Shown here piece after piece: positions 37,794 through 49,932 of a stretch of DNA of 64,000 nucleotides (its first letter is position 1; each line of letters starts with the position of its first letter). The notes beneath the pieces are model-generated. The model had not been told where the DNA came from, ran no database searches, and worked only from the letters and a program-made list of their open reading frames with translations. Origin of the DNA: Microbotryum violaceum (lineage: Eukaryota); the NCBI GenBank assembly GCA_001244265.2, contig CDLV01000004.1, forward strand, positions 2,356,001 to 2,420,000, written 5' to 3'. A program made the translations under genes and the position numbers.

Positions 37794-40700
37794 CCAGTGG
37801 GAACCCGTTAAATTAACGGGAGGGTGAAATTCAAATAGCAGGAGGATTGAACAGTCTACATGATTTCAACAGAGGTTGAATAAACACACTACGAAGTACA
37901 GCAAAGAAACAGTTCTCCATTCACAAACAGCCTGCCCGTTGCTTGTTGCCCAAAACGTTGTCGTCGCAGAGTCGGTTCAACTTGGATTCAAACGCTCGTG
38001 CAATGAGTTCCGGTCGGTTGCTTGCTTGGTCGTTCGGCCCCAGTGCAGCCTTGATTTCAGGCCATTCGGGTTGCACGTCACCGTGATGAACAGCGAAGGC
38101 ATCCCATAATTTACGACGCACGCCATCGCATCTTGGTAACGCTGCGTGTTCTCGCGCGGTCTGTTCTTGAACGTTGAGCCCATAATATTTAGAACGTGAT
38201 ATAGTCTATTGTATCCACACTGTCTATTTGGGAAAGAGACTATTTGGATAGAATTATTTCCGTTAGGTTTTAGTTAGAAAAAGAAGACAGATGCAGCAGC
38301 CCTTTTTTGATTTCATCAAAGCCGCCCAGCATGCATTTGTATCCATTTATAATGATTAATAAAGATTTATACCTTTATATTAGATTCTATAGCTTTATAC
38401 GCGTTAATATGTCCTTAATATGCGAAAGAAAGGGAATGAATCAGAGCTTAAAAGGAAAAAAAAAAGAGGGTTCTTATTTGTTGGGCAAGTAAATGTATGA
38501 CAAGCCCTATTATTAGTTTGTTCTTTACTCTCGTTAGTAATTGGTACAGTAGTAGGTTTGGCTCAGCTAAAAATCAAACGCTAGGAGTTCCATCGGCACC
38601 AATTACATTAAGAATGGTGAAATGTAAATTAGGAAGTCCTCCTAGTAAATACTGTTGTCGTAAGTTTTTCATAGTAGTTATATATATTTTTAAAATTCAA
38701 TACTGTCTAATGATCTGGTATTGACAAAAATAACACTAAATTCAAACACGGGATATGCCACTTAGATTATTAGGATCGGCCATTAAATTTTAAATGAGTA
38801 AAATATATATAAAAAAGCTGCTTTTCATCTTTGATTTTTTTAACAAAGTTAAGCGCGCGAGGAAAAGGCGTGAATGTTGAGGCAAATAATAGTCAATTAC
38901 CTTCACCCGCTAACAATCTACAAGCTGTTTTAATGGGTCTTTCAAAATTATCTCCGGAGAAATTTGAAGATGCAGTGTCTTTTTTCCTTTTCCTCGACAG
39001 AAAACAGAAAAACGAAATCCCCTTGTGCCAAACCAAGCAGCATTTATAAGTTGAAATTAACCGATATTCGTATTGAAATGTTCTGATTCAATACAAGTGA
39101 ACGTATGAAATAGATTGGTAAAGTAGGAACCTAACAACACAATATACTTATCTAGTTAAGTTGCCATTACTCTTTTTATCATAAACAACAATGAGGAATA
39201 ATACATATTCTTCTTTTAAAATAGCTAATATTGTCAATAGTAAGCGCAACATCTTTTCGTTACAGAATCAATAGACTATTCCGATACAGTTGTTGAAGTA
39301 AGAAGGTTATCTTCTTGTCTTTTCAAGTTTCGTAAAGTTTTAGCTACCAGATCCTGAACACAAGTTTTTGTCTATTTAAATAATTTACACAAATAATTTA
39401 GGAGGCACAAATTATCGGTACCATACTTATTATTTAATATTTTAACACGTCGAATAAATCGCTCTTTAATATTCCCTGCAACGATAGTTGTACTTACTTC
39501 ACCTTCCAAAATCACTGAACATCCAACTTGATCCGGGGTCAAGCTGATGATGCCTTGGCCCGTGGTGAGGCGCAGGTTTTCTCGATCCAACTGGAGGTAA
39601 GTCGAGTCGATCGGTCTCGACCTGGGAGTATCCGTCATCGCGAACGCCAGGAAGGCACGTTGGGTGCAATGCGAGATTGAGAAGTACTCGTCGCGTTTGT
39701 GCAAGTCGTACGCTAATAATTGTGAACGCGAGACTCGTCACCTCGATCCCCTTTATTTGAGCTTCGTCCTAGGTGTTCAAACGTTCAATGTCAGTCTGTG
39801 CGTGCGCCTTAACAGAATGGAACATCCGAGAAAGAGCCGAAAGATGCTTATGTTCACCATCACCGTTCTCTTCGTCCCCTTCCTCCTCGTCCTCACCTTC
39901 TTTGTTGCGGTCTTTTGGCGAAGAGTGGCCCAACTCGATCGAACCGCAAAGAGGAATGCTGGGGTGGAAGCCATCTTCCCCCGCGGGGAAGAGTAGTGGG
40001 TACCGGAGAGGCATCCCAGACGGATGGAGCGAGCTAAAGATTTGGTACTTGGACCGACCATCGGGACATCGATCACCGTGCACCTGGGGAATACGATCTT
40101 GCGGTCCACGATCGCCCGTGTTGGTGTCGGAATAAGTATCGCCATTTCCTTGCTCGACGTAGGAAGGATGTGGGTGTGTCAGTCTCGGCCTGGCGGGAGG
40201 CAGAGGCGCAGGATCCACTCTTTGGCCGTATCCCAACCTGCGCAAGCTTGGTCAATGCAAACAGGCTCACAAAGCGATTGTTGGTACCAACTTGAACTCG
40301 AGCTTGGTCAACGTAGATCTTTGTATGCGACTGTCTGGGCTGTCGGGTCCAAGTAGAGTGTCGGTGGCCTCGGCGGGGTCGATGAGCCATGTTTGGGCAA
40401 AGGCTGGGCGTTGATTCACGGCAGGGATCAGGGCGCCAAGTCGATGATAGAGGCGACCGAACACGCGAAACACGGGGAGTCCTAGAGTGCCGATTCGTGT
40501 CTGGTCGAAGTGAAAGACGGCGCGTTGTTGTGCGACCGGGCGTTTTCGCGGAATGCTTGAGCTCCTGTGTAGGTGCATCGCACAGTTCAGCATGCGAGTC
40601 TACTGCAGATGGATGTTGTTGGATGGAGCAACTGACCGCTATCCGAGCCTTCAAGTAGCTATTGATACTCGGGATTGGGCCGGAGAGAGGAGGTAGCTGC

Positions 40701-41697
40701 ACCTTACCCTGCAAGCAGCACACGCTGAAGTGTCCGGTTCGTCCTTTGCACTCCCAGTGTCGAGCCTTGCAGTGGGCACACACGGCCATCTGGGGCCGAG
40801 TAAGTCGCGAATGGGAACGTGGGGCTTGAGTGGTTTGAGCTCGATTCGAGGCCTGCGCACTTGCCTCTGCGCAAGAAGAGGTGGTGGTGGGGCGAGCTCA
40901 GCGTCGGATCGACCATCGGGCCCTCGCGCTGACCACACTGTCCGTTCTATAAAGCTGTACGGCGGACGCTTATACGGGTCGCAATACCAAGATCGGTTGG
41001 TTATTGTCATTACGCGCGGGGAGCTGATCCTGTTGATCGGAGCGGGACGAAGAGGAGAGGAGATGAGCGGGGCGCCCAGCGGGTCCATTTGTCTCCCATG
41101 GTAAGGCGCGGTACGCTATCGTACGGCGCTACCCTCGCGCCAAAGACTCGGCGCGGTTGTCACGCAAATTCGATGAGAGTGGGAGGGAAAAGGCGAAAAT
41201 TGGAAAGAGCAGCGCGGGAGTATTCACAGGAGTATTCACAGCGCCTGGAACCTCATGTTGTTGTTGAGCCCCTAAAACCGGTATCGGGATGCCAGAAATA
41301 CGTCACGTGATCGACGGGGCATCCCGCATCCAGCGTAGCGGCGGCCGCGTCCGCGCGTCAACGACAGCGAGACCACGCCTGAGCTCTGTAGAAGAAGTGT
41401 CATGTAATCCTACGCGCTATACATTAAATTATACACAAACTGCTCAATAGTTGGGAACCCCGCCAAAAAGCAACAAAAATTGTCCTCGGGCTGTAGCACG
41501 ACTTTCCTGGTGCAGAAAAAGCGGAAAGGGTCGTACATGACTTCTGGTCGGGACGCCAATATCACAGGCAGGTGCGGCAGACCCAATACTGTACTGGTAC
41601 ATTCACTATAGGCGGCCCAGAGGGCCGCAACACAGTCAAAAACAGCGATTTTAGGTACATGGTCGCGGATCGACACTTTTTTTTTTACTAGTTAGGG
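37794..41697 (-). mobile_element. Helitron copy 3, diverged non-autonomous derivative with a 1.3-kb AT-rich insert
   Basis: Same termini as copy 2; homologous N-terminal coding region; deletion after KQRAGC. Confidence 0.92.
38183..39505. other. AT-rich insert, probable mosaic NUMT
   Basis: Splits Helitron VILGST codons; CCA at both sides; group I intron P7-like GATATAGTC near 38198; no core mitochondrial gene recognised. Confidence 0.6.
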
Positions 41698-41902
41698 TAA
41701 AAACTATATATAATAAAAAACGTCGTCGAGACAAAGAACATTCTAGAACGAGACAAAGCACGTAGACAAACCACGTGGCGTGAGGTCATAGCCAGCTCTC
41801 GATCCAGCGCGTCCCAGCTAGCTAGCGCTGTTTCAGAATGTTTCCATGTTTGGGGCGGTACCGGTGCTGGGGGGTGCGCTTACGCTAACTCGCGCGCGCC
41901 AA

Positions 41903-42010
41903 ATTGAGTTGGCGCAATTGAGTTAGCGCACTTGAGTTGGCGCAGTCGGGCGCCCGAGTTAGCGCACTTGAGTTGGCGCACTTGAGTTGGCGCATTTGAG
42001 TTGGCGCAAT
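41903..42010. repeat. TTGAGTTGGCGCA tandem array, probable transposon subterminal repeats
   Basis: About 7 copies of a 13-14 bp unit upstream of a transposase relic. Confidence 0.8.
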
Positions 42011-42269
42011 CAGGCGCGCCGCACGCGGCCATCCCTTGTCTTCATGCTGCAACGTGCCATATCCTACGATGCAACTGCTGTCACGCTTCTTTCGGAAACG
42101 AAGCGCCGATAACACGGACGACAGAATGAAGCAGCTGGCAAAGCTATCTGGGGCAAGGCTGCAACAAGCAAAGGTCAGTTACTACGGACTTGCCCCAGTC
42201 CTGGCGCCGGGGCTGGAGCTGATGTACGTATATCGAACTATCCCCTTTCACTAGTCCCTTCCTCAGACG

Positions 42270-42870
42270 AGACCGCTGTGCGGATTCTAATCGATCTCTG
42301 GCATTTCTTTGACCGGATCTATGTGTCCAAAATAACATGGCGCTGCCAAAGCCTTTGCTCGCGCGTGCTCCGATGCGGTTTTCATCCCGAATGCGGATGA
42401 TCGACTCCTGATGGAGGCTCGCCTAGCAAAACTCGGAATGACGTGGGAAGAAGCCGTCCGTTCGCCGGTATGGAATAAGAAGCTTTGGAGACGCGTTCGT
42501 CGATGGATCCCTCCGCCAAGCATTCTCGAGCCTTTGGTCCGGGAGGTCTTTGAGAAGTTCGGACCATTGATCGATGCGAAGTCGAAGCAACCAATTTTCA
42601 ACAAAGCGGCGCACGAGGCAGCGAAGAGATGTCTTGAGGCGGTTCGGAAAGGCCAAGTCTCGGATCCAGTTGGCATCGAGCTGTACACCGACCTTGGGCC
42701 TTGCGGAGGGCCAGATGGAAAGGCGGATGACGGTGTCCGTTTATTTCCTGCCAGCGCGGCACCAACAGTCTCGAAGGAGGCATCCACCGGAACCTTCGCC
42801 AACGGTTTCCAAAGTCTGGTGTTTCTCCGTGCCATGTCAATGCATGCACAGCTGACTATGTGCTAGTGCA
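42270..42870 (+). pseudogene. Transposase relic with DxxH motif (MULE/ISL3-like)
   Basis: ILIDLWHFFDRI...FARACSDAVFIP...RRVRRWIPPP...VSDPVGIELY...CQRGTNSLEGGIH across frameshifts. Confidence 0.6.
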
Positions 42871-44507
42871 CAATCTCACGGTCAGTCCAACTCCACCATC
42901 GCAATTTGAAGAAGCGGCAACCATTCTCACCCATTCTCCCTTGTATTCGCAGGTTGGGACGTTCAATCGTACCGGAAATTGCTGATGTTGGGCCAAGGTG
43001 AAAGCTTCAAAGTGCGGGAGCGGGAGCGGGAGCTGGATGCGGGTGGTCGAGGTGCGACTCGACGACTGCAAAAGAGTTGAGCTCGATCCCGAGGGATAGA
43101 CGAGGGACGACTTGAGGATGTGGAAAAAGTCGAGCCGGATCTGAAGGGATGACCAGTCGTTAACGTTAGCCCGGGGCACATTGTCCCGGATCTAGTCTAC
43201 GAAAGCGAGAGCCGAGAGATCAGCAATGGGACACGGAACAAGGGACGGCAAACGGCCAACGTGAATCGACGAGACTGACCTGTTTCCTCTAGACCCAGGT
43301 TGTGAGAGTTGATCAGCTCCAGATTTGCTGCTGGACCTCGTTTGTCAGCCGCGACCCTAGCATCCGTCTGCCCGAAAGCCATCGCGCGTTGTTTAATTGA
43401 GCGTAGATCGGCTCAGCTCGCTTCGATTTTGGCAGCCATGGCAGCGAGTTGTTGTTCATCTTCTGGAGCGTTACCATCATGTTCATCATTTCGAGCTGTT
43501 GAGCTGGAGTGAGTGGAGCTTGAGGTTGAGGGCGCGAATGGGCCTAAGAACAGTCGGGCGCTCGCCCCAGCACGCGCTCGATACGTTGTTGTACCAAAAG
43601 GGGTGCATCGCCAGCGGTTGCAGCGCCAAAAGAAGAAGTTGTATCGGAACTCAAGGCCGAGCTGAACAAATCGTCGGTCGAGCCAGAAGTTGATCCGTTC
43701 ATGTTCATCAGGAGAGGCGAGGGGAAGACAGTGGCAGGAGGAAAAGAGGCAAATCCAGGCGGGACTCGAGGCGGTTGCCTGGGCGCTGGGTGCGGGAGGG
43801 TGCGGGCCTCAGGCCTCAGGGTCAAGCAGCGCTGCAGCAGTAACAGCAGCAGGCTCAGCTCAGGTGGGTACAGAAGAGCTGATGGCTACAAATGAGATTC
43901 AAGAGAGCTTTCTCTGTCCCCTGGATTGGAGGGAAGTCATGCCATGCCATGGGTCATGACGGACGACCTCGCGGCATGACTGTGCTGTGCTGTCAATTTT
44001 TTCTTCTCTCGTTTTTTGGTTTTTTTTTTTCGCGCGAAACTCGTGTTAGCTCCGGCGCCTCATACCCGGCGCCTCATACCCGGCGCCTCATACATACATA
44101 CATAGCCCCATACTGAGGAGGGGGAGAAAAAAAAAAAAAAAAAAAAAAAGAGGAGAGGGAAAGGGAAAAAAGGGGGGAAAGGAGAAGAGGGAGGGGAAGA
44201 GAAAGAACTTCGAGAAAGAAGAAGAGGGAGGGGAAGGTGAAAAAGGAGAAAGAGAGGAAGTGGTACGGAACAAGTCATTTTGACAACATATTTCATATTA
44301 CGCAGGTATTATACAGCTACAAAGTTGTGACACTTTTTTTGATGCCAAGCTCGGCCATTCATCTCAGCCCTTGTCAGTCCTCTACAGAACCTTCGTGATT
44401 GTGGGTCGTTCGGATCCATCTCGTCTGTCAGCCCGAAAGGCTTTCCGCAGTCCAAGCACGCCCCGTCACACTCATTCACCAATCCGTCATCGCTTAGTCT
44501 TGACCCC

Positions 44508-45812
44508 TTGCGTCGACAAGTAGTTTGCCCACATAATCAACAGTGCCTTGCCCCTTTTGTGGTACCGGCGCGCGTCAAAGCGCTGCTCGTGCCCAAGTCC
44601 GCGCTCGAACCAGCGTCACTCGAGTCAGTTAGCACAGACCCATCCTTGTTTGAACCGAAAACGATTCCCGATTTCCCGGAGCCCCTCAACGCCCTGGCAA
44701 TGTTCAAGTTGAAGGTAGCCAATGGCGCCAATGAGCGTGCCAGGGGGTTGCTCGAACAGTTGATTGCTTGCACTGCCAACCCTGATTGGGGGTGGGCTGA
44801 TTTCGTTGCATGGGCAGAGAGCACGACCACCACCCCAATCCAGCGTACCAACAGGGATATAGCCGCCTCCATCAGCGAGATTTCCTTCGACTGGTGGGCA
44901 AAGCACACAGCACCGGATGGACGACAAAGCACCCCGGCCATCGAATTTAGCCGCACCATGCGCAACGCCTGCACCGACGCCCTTAGTTCCCCCCACAGCG
45001 AGCTGGTCGTGTCGGCAATCTTCGACAAGGTTGACGTCTCTCTCCGCCACTTGCTGGGACCCAACATGGCCCGGGTCACGAACATGTTGGATCTCTGCAA
45101 AATGATTGAGAGCATACCCCGGGACAGCTACCAATCGCACCTTGCACAGCACGAGCGGATCGCGGGCCTCGCCACACGAGCTGATATCCGTAAGGAGATG
45201 ACGTCAGGATCGGGCAGAGCAACAGCTGTCGACCGGGGACACTCGGGAACTCAGCAACAGGGGCGCTCGCCGTGGGTCTTCGACGGGTTCCGCTCAGCAC
45301 CGGATGCGGCACCCAAAACGCATGCCTCGCCCCCCGCAGGATTACAAGGATCGTATTTCACGACGGAGGACATGCGCAAATCAGAGCACCTCCTGGGTAT
45401 CTCCTACTCCCGATTTGACGATACGACAGCCGGAAGGCGGGATTTCGCGCTCGCTTGCACGGCGTACATGAAGCAGAACCCGCCAACTTCAACGAAACCG
45501 AACTCGTTGGCCTTTCCCTTAACGCCGGGAACGCAGGCCCCGGGTGCATTCTGTTCGTGTGACAAATGCGAGAAGGAAGGCCACATCTCCCGTGATTGTT
45601 CAGGTTCACCCGTCAACGAAGTTGAGCGTCGCTTGCGCAGCCTCGTGCGAGCAGACTCCGTCCTCAGCCGGGGACCCCGCAACGCCCACCGCACCCGAAT
45701 GGTGGCATTGCTGGCAGAAGATGACCAACTCGATATGATTGACTTGTACGAGACGTTGGCCCAGCTCCCATCAACCGACAACTTGGAGGATCAGGATTTT
45801 CTGGATGCCTAG
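44508..45812 (+). CDS. Gypsy gag-like ORF with zinc knuckle
   Basis: CDKCEKEGHISRDC; ends QDF at GATTTT, resembling a gag-pol frameshift junction. Confidence 0.8.
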   Translation: MRRQVVCPHNQQCLAPFVVPARVKALLVPKSALEPASLESVSTDPSLFEPKTIPDFPEPLNALAMFKLKVANGANERARGLLEQLIACTANPDWGWADFVAWAESTTTTPIQRTNRDIAASISEISFDWWAKHTAPDGRQSTPAIEFSRTMRNACTDALSSPHSELVVSAIFDKVDVSLRHLLGPNMARVTNMLDLCKMIESIPRDSYQSHLAQHERIAGLATRADIRKEMTSGSGRATAVDRGHSGTQQQGRSPWVFDGFRSAPDAAPKTHASPPAGLQGSYFTTEDMRKSEHLLGISYSRFDDTTAGRRDFALACTAYMKQNPPTSTKPNSLAFPLTPGTQAPGAFCSCDKCEKEGHISRDCSGSPVNEVERRLRSLVRADSVLSRGPRNAHRTRMVALLAEDDQLDMIDLYETLAQLPSTDNLEDQDFLDA

Positions 45813-48764
45813 ATAGACAAGATCAACTACCTAGGCCCGAACCTCAAGATCATCCCCCACCAAGAATGCCGGCCACCAGGATTGTTGAAGGAAACTCTGG
45901 TGGCAGACAACCCAAACTGCTCAACAACTTACGGATCAAAGACGCCCATCACATCACCAATGATGTGCCCAGCCTCGCCCCCCCAGAGCGGCTGATAACA
46001 CCTTCCCCGGTTCCCCTTGATTGTAAGGCCCGTGCGCCTGGGCCTTAGGAGGAGGGGACGCGCGCCTGGGCACTCTTAGTCTCTCTCCAGCGACTGATAC
46101 GAGTGTCCAATGTCAATTTCACACACTTTGGTCCTGTGATCCTTGTCGTCGCCACTCAGGTGTACACTCCAACGGGGTGTATTACATTGATACTCTTGTC
46201 TCCTTAATCCCCATAGTGGTTGACTATCTGCATTGGAAAGAACGCGCGTGCGCACTTGAGTCAGATAGAGACAGATCCAAGAGCAAGGACCCAGGGAAAG
46301 CTGGAGAGTCAAGTAAAGCGCTGCTACTTCTGGGAGAGCAGGCGGAAGAGACATTGACCCCCCTATGACCCTCCTCGCCCGTTCTCCGAATCACCGGAGC
46401 CCCCGGAGGAGAGCGAACCCCCGCATCTCAAACCATCGGAACTGGTTCCCACAACGGAGCAACCAGAAGATGACCACCCCCTGGCTGCAATCCCGCCTGA
46501 CAACAAGAGCCCATGCATAGGCGCCCCGGAAACACCCGATGACACGCTAGCTTTCCGGGATCTCGATTGTTGAAAGAGGATTCGGCGCATGGATCTCTTG
46601 AAGGTGCCTTCACTTTTGGTGTACTGGTTAACGCGACCAGGATGGTTTTGCAACACAATCAACGCGATTCAATTTTCCACCCTCAACTTGATCATGTACC
46701 CCATCAAGAACAGCCTCCAATACGGGAAACTATGGAATCGTAACCCATTAGTGACACCGCGTTTCACTAACGTCCCAGATGATCCGCGAGACGTGGTCAC
46801 AATGCTCGAGGAGCATTTGCTCCGGTCAGAGCTGAGCAATTGGACACCACCGTCCGCCGCCCCTGACCGCGACAAATGGGTCGCGGAGACATCGAGGTGC
46901 ATTCTGTTAGTTCACCGCGAGAACAAAGAGAATGACCCCAACTGGGACCCCTCCAATTTTCTGGACGGACGTTGAACGCGATGCAAACGTGGGTGATTGC
47001 TGGGAACAAGCAGCTCAACACCGCCTCGACAACCTGGCAACAGCTTTCTCTGGACTGGCTACGGCACAGGTGTCTAGATCCTCCCCCCTCAATGCACGCA
47101 GAGACGAGCTCCGGCGCATAGCATTTGTAGGCGATGCGACCGGAACCAATTTGACAACGGAAGAACGCGAGACAATTTGTCGCTGCTTTGCGAATATGTG
47201 GATGTGTTTGCATTTTGCTTGGAGGACGTCACAGTGACACCAACTATCAAGCACCACATTCCCCTTTTACCCGGCCACCACCGCACAAACCCTGGTTGGG
47301 TTTCGACCATCAACTCACCCAATCAACGCAAGTTTCTTTATGAGCAAGTTGACAAAATGCTGGCCCGGGAAGTTGACAGGAATGACGTCACATGGTGGGC
47401 AAACTCCCGTGTCGTTCCAAAAAAGGATTTGACAGCGGTCTCAAAGTCCAAAGCGGAGCTCAGGGAGACACTTGAGGAAGCAGTCGCAAGATCACTCTCG
47501 GACAAGGGCGGATGGGCAGAACAAAAGCTGCACGAGTTCCCCCACGACAAAGCGAAAGCGCCAAAGTTTCGATTGGTTCATGCTTACCTCCAGGTTAACG
47601 AAACAACCGCGAATACGGTGTTCCCTACGGCAACCTCAACGCGATGACGGAGAGGCTCGCGGGAAAATCGTTCATCACATGCCTCGACATGCATTCGGGT
47701 TATTTCGAAATAGGCATGGACGAAGAGGATGTTCTGAAAACCACCTTCCGTGTCGAAGGCCGCGGGTATTTCGCGTACAATGTCATGCCTTTCGGTCTGA
47801 AAGGTGCCCCCGCGACATTCTGCGAACTCATTGCCACCGACTTTGGCCCAGCGATTGGTACCACTATGGAAGCCTGGATGGACGATCTCGCAACCTCCAC
47901 TAACACATTGGGCGAACAACTGGAAAGGATTCGATTCATACTGGACGCTTGCCGAGAGCACAAGCTATCCCTCAACCCCGCAAAATGCACGTTTGCGCAG
48001 TCGTCGGCAGTCTGGTGCGGATCCCACCTCTCTGCCAAAGGCAGAGAACCTGACATGGCGAAGGTACAGGCAGTCATCGACTGGCCCAAACCGAATACAA
48101 CTTGGGAGGTCTCGAGTTTCCTCAACTTTCCGGGGTACTACCGTAAACTCATCAAGGGTTTCGCGGCGATCTCCGAGCCTCTTTCGGCACTCACACGTGG
48201 TGTCCGAGTGGAACAGTCTGCCCGCCGGAAGGACGGCTCGACCGCGAGAGGGGCTTACAAGAGGGCAATGAAAACTCGACCTATGGATTGGAAATGGGGA
48301 CCAGAGCAAGAAGAGGCGTTCTCGGTAATCAAAAGGGCCTTATCAACGTTTCCCATCTTGCGGTCGCCAGACTGGAACCAGCCCTTCATTGTTGAGACGG
48401 ACGCCAGCAAAAAAGGGATGGGCGCCACCCTATCACAACGCTTCACGTACGCCCAATCCGGAACAGGAGAAACGGTTACTAGGACCCACCCAATCGCATT
48501 TGTCTCGAGGGCAACATCGGCAGCTGAGAAAGCGTACCCGGCGTTTCTGCTCGAGCTAGCATGTCTCAAGTGGGCAACGGACAAGTATGAGAACTACCTC
48601 TTTGGCAACCAGGTCGAGATTGTCACGGATTGCATTGCGTTGGCAGGCGTTCTGTCCAACGAAAAGGTGAACCATAGCCACGTCCGATGGAGGGATAGTA
48701 TCCTCGCATTGGATATTGTCAAGTTCAGGCACCAACCCGGGAAACAGCATAATGCGTGTGATGA

Positions 48765-49553
48765 GCCTTTTTATTCCTTTTTTTTTTTTTTTTTTCTAAA
48801 ATCAAAAAGGAATAAAAAAGACGAAAAGGAGAGGGAAAAGCCTTAAGAATTTAAAAGTTAACTATCTGCTCTTTTTAAAACCTTCCGCTACGACCTTGAG
48901 CATCAATAAATAAATATTGAGTTGATCAGCAGGTAACCAATGACTTATTTAAGTTAAATGGATGCCTTATTTTTTTCTTTTTTTTCCTTTTTGAAATAGA
49001 GCAAATTCGCGGAAAATAGAACGAAAGTTAAAAAGAAGGGATTAATATCTTTTCCTTTGTTTTAAATGTGATTGAAACTAGTATACGTGAAAGAGTGAAA
49101 CCTGATAATATAATGTAATAATCCATTCTTCCAAGGCTGCATAACTATTATTACCCTCTTTATTTTTTCTTTAGAAAAAAAAAATACAATCCAATTATTT
49201 TACTATGGTTATAGCTCGATTTCTAATGATAAATTATCTTCATTAGGTAGTGCACTGACACGTTGGAGTTGCTAGAAATCCTGGAATAAATTTTGTTTTC
49301 TTACGCTATTCTAGGGTTCGCTCTATCAGAAGCTACAGGATTATTCTCACTTATCAGATGATTAGTTATGAATTAATTCTTAGTTCTGCAGAAAATAAAA
49401 AAAGGGGAGAGAAATGTATTTGATAAAAAAATCTAAAGTGATGGGAACAAGAGTCGGGCGAGTACAATAATTGTTTACTTATCTACGTAATATGCAAGTA
49501 CTTCAATTCCGTGTTTGTTTTAATTAGTTTAGTTCATTTTATGTTTTTAAAAG
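48765..49553. other. Mosaic NUMT inserted at the end of Gypsy RNase H
   Basis: AT-rich; splits HNACD|LSR; contains group I intron-like ATCAGCAGGTAACCAA and an atp9 fragment. Confidence 0.85.
49265..49354 (+). pseudogene. atp9: Mitochondrial ATP synthase subunit c fragment
   Basis: GVARNP/LFSYAILGFALSEATGLFSL with AT-rich codons and a short internal rearrangement. Confidence 0.9.
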
Positions 49554-49836
49554 TTGTCTCGAGTCGTGGAGCACCTCGAATCATCTGAGTCGATATCTCC
49601 GGAGTCCAAGTTACCTATCGATTGGGACGAATACATCCAGAGTACAGGGCCACGCCAGGTGCCCCTTCTGGCGGAAGCGACAGCTCCGGCGGAACAGGGC
49701 AACAACTTGGCTACGCCCTTGTTCCCAACTCAGCCGGATGACGGGCTGGCGGACTTTTTTTTTTTGTAGTGCGGACCAAGTCATGCTCCTTGAACAGGCT
49801 GTTGAAGGTGTTAGTAGACCTTGCACTGATATCAGG

Positions 49837-49908
49837 GGTCGGATAGCTTAGTAGTCAAAGCTTTTCCGATTAATGGAAGCGACCCAGGTTCGACTTCTGG
49901 TCCAGCCG
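49837..49908 (+). tRNA. Degenerate tRNA-like cloverleaf (possibly Asn), likely mitochondrial pseudogene
   Basis: Acceptor GGTCGGA/TCCAGCC, D stem GCTT/AAGC, T arm CCAGG-TTCGACT-TCTGG; non-canonical anticodon loop; inside insert ~49754-49934. Confidence 0.7.
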
Positions 49909-49932
49909 TTCTTATTCTTTTGTTGATCATTT

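Noticed and set aside
29323-41714. AAAACTATA(TA)TAATA as a TSD of one composite 12-kb element
   Set aside because: Imperfect, low complexity, and Helitrons make no TSD; three A|T insertions into an AT island explain it
49837-49908. Ochre-suppressor tRNA (literal anticodon TTA)
   Set aside because: Loop GATTAAT lacks Y32/U33, and the acceptor and T stems have mismatches; more likely a decayed tRNA
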